Part shown: piece after piece, positions 44,924 to 54,263 of the stretch
Layout: every line of letters begins with the position of its first letter
Numbering within the stretch: position 1 is the stretch's first letter
Source: an uncultured Candidatus Actinomarina sp.
Lineage (GTDB): Bacteria; Actinomycetota; Acidimicrobiia; Actinomarinales; Actinomarinaceae
NCBI GenBank assembly: GCA_902576605.1
Contig: CACGVI010000003.1
Location: 919-64,918 of the forward strand
Direction of reading: 5' to 3'
DNA length: 64,000 nt
Made by a program: the position numbers and the translations under genes
The notes under the pieces: generated by a model
What the model saw: only the letters and a program-made list of their open reading frames with translations
Database searches by the model: none
Told to the model about the DNA's origin: nothing

Positions 44924-45718
44924 ATGGATACTAAAGAAGTAAATAGCGTGAACACCCCTCTGATTGTGTCAGACGGGTGTTGCGTGCATTTTGGAAACGC
45001 CCCAGCTCTAGAAGGTGTCGACTTTTCTATAAGTAGAGGTAAGAAAGTAGCAGTTGTAGGACCAAATGGTGGCGGTAAATCCACATTATTCAATGCACTA
45101 GCTGGACTAATTCCTCTCACTGAAGGCTCTTTAAAAATAGACGGAAAGAGTCCCGATCAGATAAAAGGCAAAGTTAGTTATGTTCCACAAAAAGATTTAA
45201 TTAATTGGAATTTTCCACTTTCAGTAAAACAGGTTGTTGAAATGGGTATAACTACTAGAAAAGTTTCTAGTTTATTTAATAAAAAGAAAACTAACGACAA
45301 AATCAAAAAAGCATTAAAAGATGTTGGACTAGAAGAAAAAATTAACGACAATATTAGAAGCTTATCTGGAGGACAGCTTCAAAGAGTTTTAATAGCTAGA
45401 GCAATAGCACAGGATTCGGAAATTTTATTACTGGACGAAGCTTTTAGTGCTGTTGATATAGGAGCTCAAGAAGACATAATGCAATTAATTAACAGCATTA
45501 ATTTAGACGGTAAAACTATTTTGATTGCAACTCATGATGTAAACAATCTCGAAGAAAAGTTTGATGAGGTCCTATGTTTGAATAAGCACTGTTGTGCTTA
45601 TGGAGATCCATCAGAAGTATTAACCCCCGAAGTTATTGAAGAGATGTATGGTTCGCATACTGAACTATTTATCAATAAATCTCATTTTAAAACAGAGGGA
45701 AACAACAGTAATGATTGA
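44924..45718 (+). CDS. znuC: Zinc/manganese ABC transporter ATP-binding protein
   Basis: Walker A GPNGGGKST, signature LSGGQLQRV, Walker B LLLDEAFSAVD. Confidence 0.85.
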   Translation: MDTKEVNSVNTPLIVSDGCCVHFGNAPALEGVDFSISRGKKVAVVGPNGGGKSTLFNALAGLIPLTEGSLKIDGKSPDQIKGKVSYVPQKDLINWNFPLSVKQVVEMGITTRKVSSLFNKKKTNDKIKKALKDVGLEEKINDNIRSLSGGQLQRVLIARAIAQDSEILLLDEAFSAVDIGAQEDIMQLINSINLDGKTILIATHDVNNLEEKFDEVLCLNKHCCAYGDPSEVLTPEVIEEMYGSHTELFINKSHFKTEGNNSND

Positions 45719-46553
45719 ACTGATTCTAGATCCTTTAAAATATGATTTTATGATTAGATCACTAATTACTGCATTTGCTTCAGGAGCTATGCTTTCGCTT
45801 CTAGGACCCTTTGCAATCAATAGAAATATGGGTTTTATGGCTGATGCTATGGCGCATGCTACGCTACCAATAATTGCTGTTGGAGTATTTTTAGGATTTA
45901 GTATATCTGAGTTAGGAGTACCAGCAGCAATCTTAATTGCAATCTTTCTTGGTATTATTATCAAAAATACTAACGTTGGAGAAGATACAGCGATTGGAAT
46001 TATTTTCTCCTCTTTTTTTGCACTAGGCTTTGTTCTGATTTCATTATTAAATGTAACAATAAACTTAGAGGACTTGTTATTTGGCCAAATACTTGCTGTA
46101 AATACATCTGATGTATACATTGTAGTTAGCTTGCTAACAGCAGTGATTTTAATATTAATTGTTTACTTCAAACAACTGTTGTTTTACTCTTTTGATCCAA
46201 TTGGCGCTGAAGTAAAAGGACTTAATACAACATTTTTAAACTATTTGTTTTTAATTCTTTTATCCATAGCTATTGTTGGTTCGCTGCAGACAGTTGGAAT
46301 TATTTTGGTACTCAGCATGCTTATTATTCCTGCAGCTGCTGCAAAGCTTGTAACTGATACATTTGTTACCTCTATAAAGGTAAGTGTACTTTTTGGTGTC
46401 GTTTCTTCAATTACAGGACTTTACCTTTCCTATTTTTTTAATCTTCCTTCAGGCCCGTCAATGTCTTTAGTTGCAACAACAATATTTGTTCTAGCTTTTT
46501 TATCAAATAAAATTAGAAAAAAAGGATCTCTGGCAACAGTAACTATTTCTTAA
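45711..46553 (+). CDS. znuB: Zinc/manganese ABC transporter permease
   Basis: ABC-3 family pattern (MIELILDPLKYDFMIRSLITA..., FMADAMAHATLP). I place the start at ATG 45711, overlapping the znuC stop by 8 nt. The 45636 ORF-track start is an in-frame upstream extension inside znuC. Confidence 0.85.
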   Translation: MIELILDPLKYDFMIRSLITAFASGAMLSLLGPFAINRNMGFMADAMAHATLPIIAVGVFLGFSISELGVPAAILIAIFLGIIIKNTNVGEDTAIGIIFSSFFALGFVLISLLNVTINLEDLLFGQILAVNTSDVYIVVSLLTAVILILIVYFKQLLFYSFDPIGAEVKGLNTTFLNYLFLILLSIAIVGSLQTVGIILVLSMLIIPAAAAKLVTDTFVTSIKVSVLFGVVSSITGLYLSYFFNLPSGPSMSLVATTIFVLAFLSNKIRKKGSLATVTIS

Positions 46554-46565
46554 TAATATAAAGGA

Positions 46566-47045
46566 ATGACTGAAGAAACTTACTCTATTTGGCTTCAAAA
46601 TTCAGTACATAATAAAAAGATTCATAATCTTATCAAAAGATATGCAAGTGAAGAAAACAAAGACTCTTTCTCTCCCCACGTAACACTTGTTTCCAATATC
46701 AATTCAAAAGAAAATGCACTTAAAATTTTGCAAAAACTATCAGACAACAAGTCTTCAATTGTTTTTGATAAAGTTTCTACAGGAGATACTTACTTTCAAA
46801 AGCTATACCTCGAATCATCAGATAATACTTATTTTTTTAACTATGTTTCAAAAATAGAAGGTTGGCCAAGTCTTTGGGTACCCCATTTGTCATTGTGTTA
46901 CGGGGATGAGTTACCTAAATCTTTCGACTTAGGGGAGCTTAATAAACTCATCCCTATAACACTCACTTTTGACACTATTACTGTTTACAAAACAGGCCCT
47001 AAAGTGTCAGAGTGGAAGGAGATAACCACTCTTCTTCTGGATTGA
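46566..47045 (+). CDS. 2H-phosphoesterase superfamily protein (cyclic phosphodiesterase / LigT-like)
   Basis: Two HxT/S motifs at the expected spacing: SPHVTLVS and VPHLSLCYG. Confidence 0.6.
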   Translation: MTEETYSIWLQNSVHNKKIHNLIKRYASEENKDSFSPHVTLVSNINSKENALKILQKLSDNKSSIVFDKVSTGDTYFQKLYLESSDNTYFFNYVSKIEGWPSLWVPHLSLCYGDELPKSFDLGELNKLIPITLTFDTITVYKTGPKVSEWKEITTLLLD

Positions 47046-47074
47046 TTCCAAAACAGCAAATATATTTTTGATAT

Positions 47075-49315
47075 CTAAACAATTGCAAAACTTTCATTTG
47101 AAAAATCTATTGATAAGCTTTGTGATGTAGATATTATTGAAAAATTATTTTCACCAATACCAAGAATTGCTGGAATTCTATGTTCAGCACACCTTATTGC
47201 CATGTGAGAGTTGGGACCTCCATACTGGGTAATCAATGATTTGATTTTATAATTAAAAATCCAATCCCATCCTGGGTCTGCTGCTGGAATAACTACTATC
47301 TTATTATCAAGGTCGTAAGGTTGATTTGAATGATGGTCAAGTAGCAAAATTTCTCCAGAAACTGTTCCTTGTCCAATGTAATTTCCTTCTTTGCTCATTT
47401 CCTCATATAAATAAAAATCATCGGATGACGAGATTAAGTCAGGCATTAATGTGTTTTTAAGATCTAAATTAATTGTATTTTCTTGGTTAAATTCAATATT
47501 TAGTCTTTGAAAAAGTTCTTCGTCGCTTATATTTTGCTCCTCTATTTCATTTAAAATACCATCAATTCCTTTCGTATAGTAAAATTTTGAATTCTCTCTT
47601 GTTGCAATAGCATTCTGAAACATCTCAATCCACGATGATGCTGTGTATGGAATATTGTTAAATTTAAAATACTTATCAATATTTGAAAATATAGCTTTTT
47701 GCAATGAAACATTTTCATCATGTATTTCACTATTTTGAATCAACAGCTCAGTGAACTCTAAATTATTTCTTAAATTAGATGAAGATAAATTATAGTTACC
47801 GGCCCTAATGTGTCCATAAATGTCTAAAAAGCTATTAAGACTTTCTTTTCCAATTTTGACTTGATAAGCGTCCGCCTTCATTTTCGTACTTATCGACTTT
47901 ACTGACAACAATAACGAGTTTTTATGTGCTTCGGAGATTACTTCTTTTCTCAAAAGATTATTTAACTGAGCAAAATACACAAACCCCAATCTTGAATGAT
48001 GCGTAAATGGCAATGCCATATTGTCTCTAATAAATTTTATATTTTCTTTTTTAGAGTATTCATAATTTCCATCAAGCAAAGAGAATGCTTTCAACATAGT
48101 TTTATTGTTTTTTTCTAGAGTCGATTTGTTAAAGCTATCAATATGAATTAAATCTTGATGCCATTTCTCAATCTCTTCTGGGCTAATAATTTTTCTATAT
48201 TCATTTGCGAACTCATCTTCAGAATCAAACACATATGACGATCGAGAGATATTAAATTCAATTGAATCGTGTAAATGTGGGTTCTCTTTCAATTTATCTA
48301 ATTGATGTTGTATTATTTTTTCGCAAGTATCGACTTGTAAGCTTCGAGTTAAAAAACTATTTAAACTATGGTTCACATTTATGTAGGGTACATTATTGAA
48401 AAGCTCCATTAATTTAGCCGGTTTATATTTTCTATAACCAAATTCACCGCGCTGTATATTCCATGTTGAGTCTGTAAACATAAATTTATATAAGCCAAAT
48501 GCAACATTGTCAGGTTTTTTTCCAATCATTTCGGCTGGATTCATGTCTGACATATTGCTAAAAAGGTGATTTATACCAAAACGATCATCCGTAGTATCTT
48601 TTAAAGCCTCATATTTTTTTATATTCTGCTCAATTATTTTTTTCTCTGTAAAGATCAAATCCTTATCAACTTTCCTTTCCATCAGAGGCCGTACTTGCAA
48701 AAGCAGTGGAGAAGAATTGTTATTTAAAACCATTTCAATGTCTAAATGTTTGTTCCCAAATAAATCTTCTAATTTTGTCAGAATATTTAGATATATAGAA
48801 TATTCATCATATTTTTTTGGTAACTTGTTTATTGATCTATGAACATAAAAATTTTTAATCTGATTGTACTTTCCAGATGTAACAGCATCAGTTTCTGGCC
48901 CATTATAAATTGAAAATGATCTGTAAAGAGAGTCTGTCCCAACCTTAAAAGATGTAAGCACAGATACACTTCTTGCGTTTTTTACATAATCTTGCAAAAT
49001 CACGGTCTGATTAACATCTTTTTCGTAGCTATTTAACACTTGATTCCATGATTTTTTAATATCATTTATTCTTTTCTTGCTAATTGGTCCGATGGAAAGA
49101 TATTTACCTGCATTAGAAGAGCTCTCTAAGTCTTCATTAGAACTATTGCTTCTAATCATTATTTCTTCTGAAAAATCATTAAGAATCTCGTTAATATTTT
49201 CTAAATCTTTCAAAGAAAGCTCTCTAAAGTATGGAATTTCTATATCCGTATGGTTTGCCACAAACTCTAGGTTTTTAGCTTTATTACCATAATTTATTTG
49301 ATCATCCATTTTCAT
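47075..49315 (-). CDS. PEP-utilising-enzyme family phosphotransferase: PPDK_N ATP-grasp domain, about 380 aa unknown central region, then a swivel phosphohistidine domain with no C-terminal PEP/pyruvate TIM barrel
   Basis: N-terminus YGNKAKNLEFV, IMIRSNSSNEDLESSSNAGKYLS, HLDIEMVL...LLLQVRPL (PPDK_N blocks). C-terminus VVIPAADPGWDWIF...LITQYGGPNSHMAIRCAEHRIPAILGIG (mobile His domain). The protein ends about 45 aa after the catalytic His. The start ATG abuts the trpB2 stop (TAGATG). Confidence 0.75.
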   Translation of the reverse strand: MKMDDQINYGNKAKNLEFVANHTDIEIPYFRELSLKDLENINEILNDFSEEIMIRSNSSNEDLESSSNAGKYLSIGPISKKRINDIKKSWNQVLNSYEKDVNQTVILQDYVKNARSVSVLTSFKVGTDSLYRSFSIYNGPETDAVTSGKYNQIKNFYVHRSINKLPKKYDEYSIYLNILTKLEDLFGNKHLDIEMVLNNNSSPLLLQVRPLMERKVDKDLIFTEKKIIEQNIKKYEALKDTTDDRFGINHLFSNMSDMNPAEMIGKKPDNVAFGLYKFMFTDSTWNIQRGEFGYRKYKPAKLMELFNNVPYINVNHSLNSFLTRSLQVDTCEKIIQHQLDKLKENPHLHDSIEFNISRSSYVFDSEDEFANEYRKIISPEEIEKWHQDLIHIDSFNKSTLEKNNKTMLKAFSLLDGNYEYSKKENIKFIRDNMALPFTHHSRLGFVYFAQLNNLLRKEVISEAHKNSLLLSVKSISTKMKADAYQVKIGKESLNSFLDIYGHIRAGNYNLSSSNLRNNLEFTELLIQNSEIHDENVSLQKAIFSNIDKYFKFNNIPYTASSWIEMFQNAIATRENSKFYYTKGIDGILNEIEEQNISDEELFQRLNIEFNQENTINLDLKNTLMPDLISSSDDFYLYEEMSKEGNYIGQGTVSGEILLLDHHSNQPYDLDNKIVVIPAADPGWDWIFNYKIKSLITQYGGPNSHMAIRCAEHRIPAILGIGENNFSIISTSQSLSIDFSNESFAIV

Positions 49316-50671
49316 CTATTTGTTTACTGACTCCAAAGCTACTTGAACTTTTTCAGACGGAAATTCGTAGTCAACCATCTCCCCACTCAAAAAGTTTTCA
49401 TAAGCTTTCATATCAAAGTGACCATGTCCACACATTGCTGTCAATACGGCAATACTTTCAGAATTTTGGTCGGCATCTTTCACTGCCCTAATTGCTGACG
49501 CAATTGCATGAGTTGCTTCTGGAGCAGGTATTATGCCTTCTGTCTTAGCAAATAGTTGACCAGCCTCAAAACATTCTTTTTGGCCTATTGCTTCTGCTTC
49601 AATTAATTTTTCTTCATACATTGCGCTGACTAGTGGTGCCATTCCGTGGTATCTTAAACCACCTGCATGAATTGGATCAGGCACAAAAGAATGACCAAGG
49701 GTATGCATTTTGACTACGGGGGCCATTCCTACTGAATCCCCAAAATCATATGCATACGTTCCCTTAGTCAAAGATGGACAAGCCTGTGGTTCAACAGCTC
49801 GTATAACTGTAGATTTGTTATTTTGAATATTTTCTCTAGCAAAAGGTGTAAAAAGACCAGCAAAATTCGAACCACCACCAGTGCAACCAACTATCACATC
49901 TGGATAATCGTCTGCCAATGCCAATTGTTTTAGTGCTTCCTCTCCAATAATGGTTTGATGCATTAGAACATGGTTCAAAACACTTCCAAGTGCGTACCGT
50001 GTTTTCTCATCTTTAGCAGCAACTTCAATTGCTTCTGAAATGGCAATGCCTAGACTTCCTGGAGTTTCAGGGTCCTCGGAAAGAAACTTTTTACCAATAT
50101 CTGTTCTTTCAGAGGGGCTTGAGTATACCTTTGCGCCGTATATCTCCATCATCGTTTTTCTATAAGGTTTTGCTAAGTATGATGCAGCTACTTGAAACAC
50201 CTCTAACTCAATTCCAAAAGCCTGGCATGCAAAAGCCAAAGCAGAGCCCCATTGGCCAGCACCTGTTTCAGTAACCATTTTTGTAACACCTTCTTCCGCG
50301 TTATAAAACGCTTGGGGGATTGCAGTGTTAGGTTTATGAGAGCCAGATGGTGATCCACCTTCATATTTGTAATAGATTCTTGATTTTGTACCTAGAGCTT
50401 TCTCAAGTCGAACTGCTCTAAATAAAGGAGAAGGTCTATAAAGCTTATATAAATCTAGGACAGGCTTTGGTATATCTATAAAAGAATCTTGAGACACTTC
50501 TTGTAAAATCAATCCCATTGGAAATAAAGGAGCTAAATCCTCCGGACCAATTGGCTCCATTGTTTGCGGGTTCAATGGTGGTGGTAATGGATTTGGTAAA
50601 TCCGGGATTATGTTATACCACTGTGTCGGCATCTCAGATTCTGATAGTAAAAATTTATATTGCTTGCTCAT
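49316..50671 (-). CDS. trpB: TrpB2-type (TrpB-like) PLP-dependent tryptophan synthase beta-chain homolog
   Basis: 451 aa (the long TrpB2 form). PLP-lysine block YYKYEGGSPSGSHKPNTAIPQ, ETGAGQWGSALA, GCTGGGSNFAGL. GGAGG SD 4 nt upstream. No other trp genes are nearby. Confidence 0.85.
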   Translation of the reverse strand: MSKQYKFLLSESEMPTQWYNIIPDLPNPLPPPLNPQTMEPIGPEDLAPLFPMGLILQEVSQDSFIDIPKPVLDLYKLYRPSPLFRAVRLEKALGTKSRIYYKYEGGSPSGSHKPNTAIPQAFYNAEEGVTKMVTETGAGQWGSALAFACQAFGIELEVFQVAASYLAKPYRKTMMEIYGAKVYSSPSERTDIGKKFLSEDPETPGSLGIAISEAIEVAAKDEKTRYALGSVLNHVLMHQTIIGEEALKQLALADDYPDVIVGCTGGGSNFAGLFTPFARENIQNNKSTVIRAVEPQACPSLTKGTYAYDFGDSVGMAPVVKMHTLGHSFVPDPIHAGGLRYHGMAPLVSAMYEEKLIEAEAIGQKECFEAGQLFAKTEGIIPAPEATHAIASAIRAVKDADQNSESIAVLTAMCGHGHFDMKAYENFLSGEMVDYEFPSEKVQVALESVNK

Positions 50672-50686
50672 TGTTCCTCCTAAAAT

Positions 50687-50712
50687 AAAAAAACCGGGCT
50701 GTGCCCGGCTTT
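50687..50712 (-). terminator. Intrinsic terminator (attenuator) in the trpB2 leader
   Basis: Minus strand: AAAGCCGGGC-ACA-GCCCGGUUU, where the final UUU is the start of a 7-nt U run that extends the stem. It ends 6 nt before the trpB2 SD. Confidence 0.7.
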
Positions 50713-50736
50713 AGAAAACAACATAGAACTAGGCAC

Positions 50737-50781
50737 CTACATATGTAGCGTCCACCAGTTCCAGTTTGTTACTTTATACAT
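50737..50781 (-). CDS. Trp-rich leader peptide (14 aa, MYKVTNWNWWTLHM)
   Basis: ATG TAT AAA GTA ACA AAC TGG AAC TGG TGG ACG CTA CAT ATG TAG, read by hand on the minus strand. It has three UGG codons and is followed by the antiterminator/terminator pair upstream of trpB2. Confidence 0.6.
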   Translation of the reverse strand: MYKVTNWNWWTLHM

Positions 50782-50788
50782 TGTTATT

Positions 50789-50816
50789 AATGTAGATGTT
50801 TTTAATAAAATTTCAA
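50789..50816 (-). promoter_or_regulatory. Candidate promoter giving a leaderless transcript for the trp leader peptide
   Basis: TTGAAA (50816-50811), a 16-nt spacer, TACATT (50794-50789), then 7 nt to the leader ATG. No SD is present. Confidence 0.35.
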
Positions 50817-50893
50817 AATTATTTTTGTAAATTTTTTGTTAACAGGAAGTATCAAAATATCCATATATCTATTCATAACCTAGTATTGGATGC

Positions 50894-51622
50894 ATGAATA
50901 AAATAATTCACTCCGTCAATCTTACAAAAGTTTATGGTGAGAAAGAAACAAGCGTTACGGCATTAGACAATATTAATGTTGAATTTAAAGAAAATGAGTT
51001 TACAGCAATCATGGGTCCATCCGGTTCGGGAAAGTCAACTTTACTTCATTGTTTAGCAGGATTAGACAGACCAACATCTGGTCAAATATTTCTAAAAGAA
51101 GATGATATATCAACTTTAAACGATAAACAATTAACAAAAATTAGAAGAGACAGCTTTGGATTTGTTTTTCAGGCTTTTAATTTAATCCCCACTTTAACTG
51201 CTGAAGAAAATATTACACTACCAGCATCTATTTCAGGAAGAAAACCAGATATGGAATGGGTCAAACAGGTAGTTGAAACAGTGGATATTGGCGATAGGTT
51301 AACACACAGGCCTAATGAGCTATCTGGTGGACAGCAACAGAGAGTAGCAGCTGCTAGAGCCATGGCTACAAAACCTGAAGTAATTTTTGCAGATGAGCCA
51401 TCAGGAAATTTAGATTCAAAATCAAGTAAAGAACTTTTAAGTTTCATGAAGTCCGTGGTTGACGAGCTTAACCAGACAATCATCATGGTTACACACGATC
51501 CATACGCTGCTTCCTACGCCAATAGAGTAATAATGCTTAAAGATGGAAGAATTGCTAGCGACTTAGACCAACCAACACAAGAAGAAATTGTTGCAGAGGT
51601 TACGACTTTAACTAACATCTAA
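50894..51622 (+). CDS. ABC transporter ATP-binding protein (MacB/FtsE-like)
   Basis: Walker A GPSGSGKST, signature LSGGQQQRV, Walker B IFADEPSGNLD. Confidence 0.9.
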   Translation: MNKIIHSVNLTKVYGEKETSVTALDNINVEFKENEFTAIMGPSGSGKSTLLHCLAGLDRPTSGQIFLKEDDISTLNDKQLTKIRRDSFGFVFQAFNLIPTLTAEENITLPASISGRKPDMEWVKQVVETVDIGDRLTHRPNELSGGQQQRVAAARAMATKPEVIFADEPSGNLDSKSSKELLSFMKSVVDELNQTIIMVTHDPYAASYANRVIMLKDGRIASDLDQPTQEEIVAEVTTLTNI

Positions 51623-54237
51623 TGTTTGGATTTACGAAGCGCCCCCTTTTTCTAATAGCCTGGAAAAATTTAAAAACCTATCCAGTAAGGATATTTTTAA
51701 CAACATCATCCATCATTCTTGGGGTAGCAGTTATTATTGCCTCAAATATTTTTTCTGAAAGCAATAAATCTGCATTTGATAACTTATTCTCAGGTATTTA
51801 TGAGGGAGTTGATTTAGTAGTGCAGCCAATACAGGAAGATTTTGCTGAGGGATTTAGTGGCGACGGTGGTCAAGGGCCAATTTCTTTTGAAGTTAAAAAA
51901 ATACCCGATGAAAGAATTGAGGAGATTTCAAATCTACCAAGCGTAAAAGCTGCTTGGGGTGAGGTATTGGGTTTTGCTCAATTTATAAAAATTGTAGATG
52001 GAGAAACAGTATTAATTTCTAATGGGTTTGCACCAACATTTGGGGCTGCATGGGATAGCAATCCGTATGCAGCTCAATGGTCGTTAGTTGTAGGAGGGCC
52101 CCCAACTAATACAAAAGAAGTAGTAATGGATGTTGTGACTGCTGAAAATCATGATTTTTCTGTTGGAGATAGAGTAACAGTTTTGGCTGGTGCAACACCT
52201 GCATCATTCACAATTGTAGGAATTGCAGAGTTTGCTAACGTAGGCGCTCCAGGCGGAGCAACTTTTGCATTATTTGAATTTAGAACTGCTCAAAAGTTAT
52301 TAGATTCAAAAGGTGAAGTAGATTTAATAAATGTAGTTATAGAAAATAATTTTGACATTAATGATGTAAAAACTGAAATAACAAACTTAGATTCAAAAAA
52401 TTTAAATGTAATAAATGCTCAAGAAGCTGCAGCAGAACAAGCTGATTCTATCAAGCAAGGCCTAGATTTCTTCAATACAATACTCAATGTATTTGCTGGA
52501 ATAGCAATTTTCGTGGGTGCTTTTATAATTCAAAACACATTTAGAATTCTCTTGCTTCAAAGAACAAAAGAGCTTTCGCTACTAAGAGCATTAGGTACAT
52601 CAAAAAAACAAATATATAGATTAGTAATTTCTGAATCTTTGTTTATGTCTGTGATTGGATCTGGTCTTGGCATTGCTCTTGGAATTGGATTATCTGTAGC
52701 GGTTAAAGAAGGGTTGCAATATTTTGAGTTTGGGCTTCCAGATGGACCATTAGTTTTAACAACAGAAGCTGCAATAACTGGATTAATCATTGGGATAACA
52801 GTTACAATACTATCTTCATTGCTACCTGCTAGAAAAGCTTCTCAAGTAAGTCCAATGGAAGCAATTAGAGACAGCGTCTCAACTCCAAGGAGAAAATCTT
52901 TATTTATTCGTTTAGTTTTTGGTTCACTCATATCTGTTGCTGGTTTTGGAATGTTATTCGGGGTTTTATATGACTTCTTAGATCTTCCTACTCTATCTTC
53001 TTTGCAGCAAGTAGGGTTTGGGGCAGGCATAATATTTATTGGAATTTCTGTAATTACTCCATCGATTACAAAGCCATTTGTGTTTCTTTTTGATAAAGCT
53101 TATAACTTAGTATTTGGAATTCTTGGTAAATTGGCAACGGAGAATTCAAAAAGAACACCTAGGAGAACGGCATCCACAGCCTCAGCTTTAATGATTGGAT
53201 TAACTTTGATATCACTAGCAAATGTTATAACCACTTCATTTAAAGCTCAGGCAGAATCATTAATAAGTGAAGTAATACTTGCTGACTATCAAGTAAGCGC
53301 TTCTAATGTGTTTGCTTCCCCAGGAATTCCAACAGGTTTGTCGGAAGAACTTTTAGAGCTAGATGAAGTGACAAAACTTTCTAGAACAAGAGCAACAGTT
53401 GTTGGTTATAACCAAAGACCACTTATTCTTGGTGCCGTTGATGAAACTGTCTTTGATCTTGTCAAAACAGACGATATATCTGGAAATAGAAAAGATTTTC
53501 TTGAAAAAGACTCAATAGGGATACTTAAACAAACAGCGGAAAGAGAAGAACTCTTTGTGGGAGATGAAGTTGTCCTAACAATTCCTGAAGAAGGAGAAAA
53601 GACTTTTACTGTTGCCTATATTTTTGACTGGACCACTCAACCACCAGCTGAATTTTTTGTTCTTCTTGAAAACAATACTTTTTTTGCAGATGAATCACTT
53701 GATACAGAATTGTATTTCAACGTAAGTAAAAAAACACCGGAACTAGAAGAAAAAATAAACGCAATTGTTGATGAATACCCAGGGGTTGAAGTAAGAGATG
53801 AAGATGGGCTTGTTGAAGAAGCCAATAACCAAATACAGTTACTTCTTAACGTTATTTATGGATTTCTTTCCATATCTATTTTTGTAGCTCTATTTGGTAT
53901 TACGAATACGCTTTCTTTATCTGTATATGAAAGAACAAGAGAAATAGGACTAATGAGGGCAATCGGAACTTATAGAAAACAAATAAGAAGAATGATTTTT
54001 ATTGAATCCTCCATTATTTCAATATTTGGTGCCGCTCTTGGTACAGGGCTGGGAATATTCTTTGCCTGGAGTTTGATTCAAACATTAGCTGACGAAGGAT
54101 TTACTGTATTTGCTGTATCTATTCCACAAACATTTTTGTGGATTGGCATTGCAATAATTGCGGGAGTAATTGCAGCAATACTTCCAGCAATTAGGGCAGC
54201 AAGACAAAACATACTTGAAGCTATCTCCTACGAGTAA
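51622..54237 (+). CDS. ABC transporter permease with two FtsX domains (YbbP-like, 10 TM)
   Basis: 871 aa with two copies of [TM, large extracytoplasmic domain, FtsX 3-TM bundle], for example QRTKELSLLRALGTSKKQI and ERTREIGLMRAIGTYRKQI. Start overlaps the ATPase stop (TAATG). Confidence 0.85.
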   Translation: MFGFTKRPLFLIAWKNLKTYPVRIFLTTSSIILGVAVIIASNIFSESNKSAFDNLFSGIYEGVDLVVQPIQEDFAEGFSGDGGQGPISFEVKKIPDERIEEISNLPSVKAAWGEVLGFAQFIKIVDGETVLISNGFAPTFGAAWDSNPYAAQWSLVVGGPPTNTKEVVMDVVTAENHDFSVGDRVTVLAGATPASFTIVGIAEFANVGAPGGATFALFEFRTAQKLLDSKGEVDLINVVIENNFDINDVKTEITNLDSKNLNVINAQEAAAEQADSIKQGLDFFNTILNVFAGIAIFVGAFIIQNTFRILLLQRTKELSLLRALGTSKKQIYRLVISESLFMSVIGSGLGIALGIGLSVAVKEGLQYFEFGLPDGPLVLTTEAAITGLIIGITVTILSSLLPARKASQVSPMEAIRDSVSTPRRKSLFIRLVFGSLISVAGFGMLFGVLYDFLDLPTLSSLQQVGFGAGIIFIGISVITPSITKPFVFLFDKAYNLVFGILGKLATENSKRTPRRTASTASALMIGLTLISLANVITTSFKAQAESLISEVILADYQVSASNVFASPGIPTGLSEELLELDEVTKLSRTRATVVGYNQRPLILGAVDETVFDLVKTDDISGNRKDFLEKDSIGILKQTAEREELFVGDEVVLTIPEEGEKTFTVAYIFDWTTQPPAEFFVLLENNTFFADESLDTELYFNVSKKTPELEEKINAIVDEYPGVEVRDEDGLVEEANNQIQLLLNVIYGFLSISIFVALFGITNTLSLSVYERTREIGLMRAIGTYRKQIRRMIFIESSIISIFGAALGTGLGIFFAWSLIQTLADEGFTVFAVSIPQTFLWIGIAIIAGVIAAILPAIRAARQNILEAISYE

Positions 54238-54263
54238 ATATTTTTTAACCTTACAATATTCTT

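Noticed and set aside
45636-45710. Upstream extension of the znuB ORF
   Set aside because: The extension lies inside the znuC coding sequence. ATG 45711 gives the typical ABC-3 permease N-terminus and an 8-nt overlap with the znuC stop.
50737-50765. T-box riboswitch hypothesis for the trpB2 leader, based on the UGGUGGACGC string resembling the T-box GGUGGNACC core
   Set aside because: I could not find a specifier-loop or Stem I architecture, and the leader is far too short (about 110 nt). The string is better explained as the tandem Trp codons of a leader peptide. A cmscan with RF00230 would settle it.
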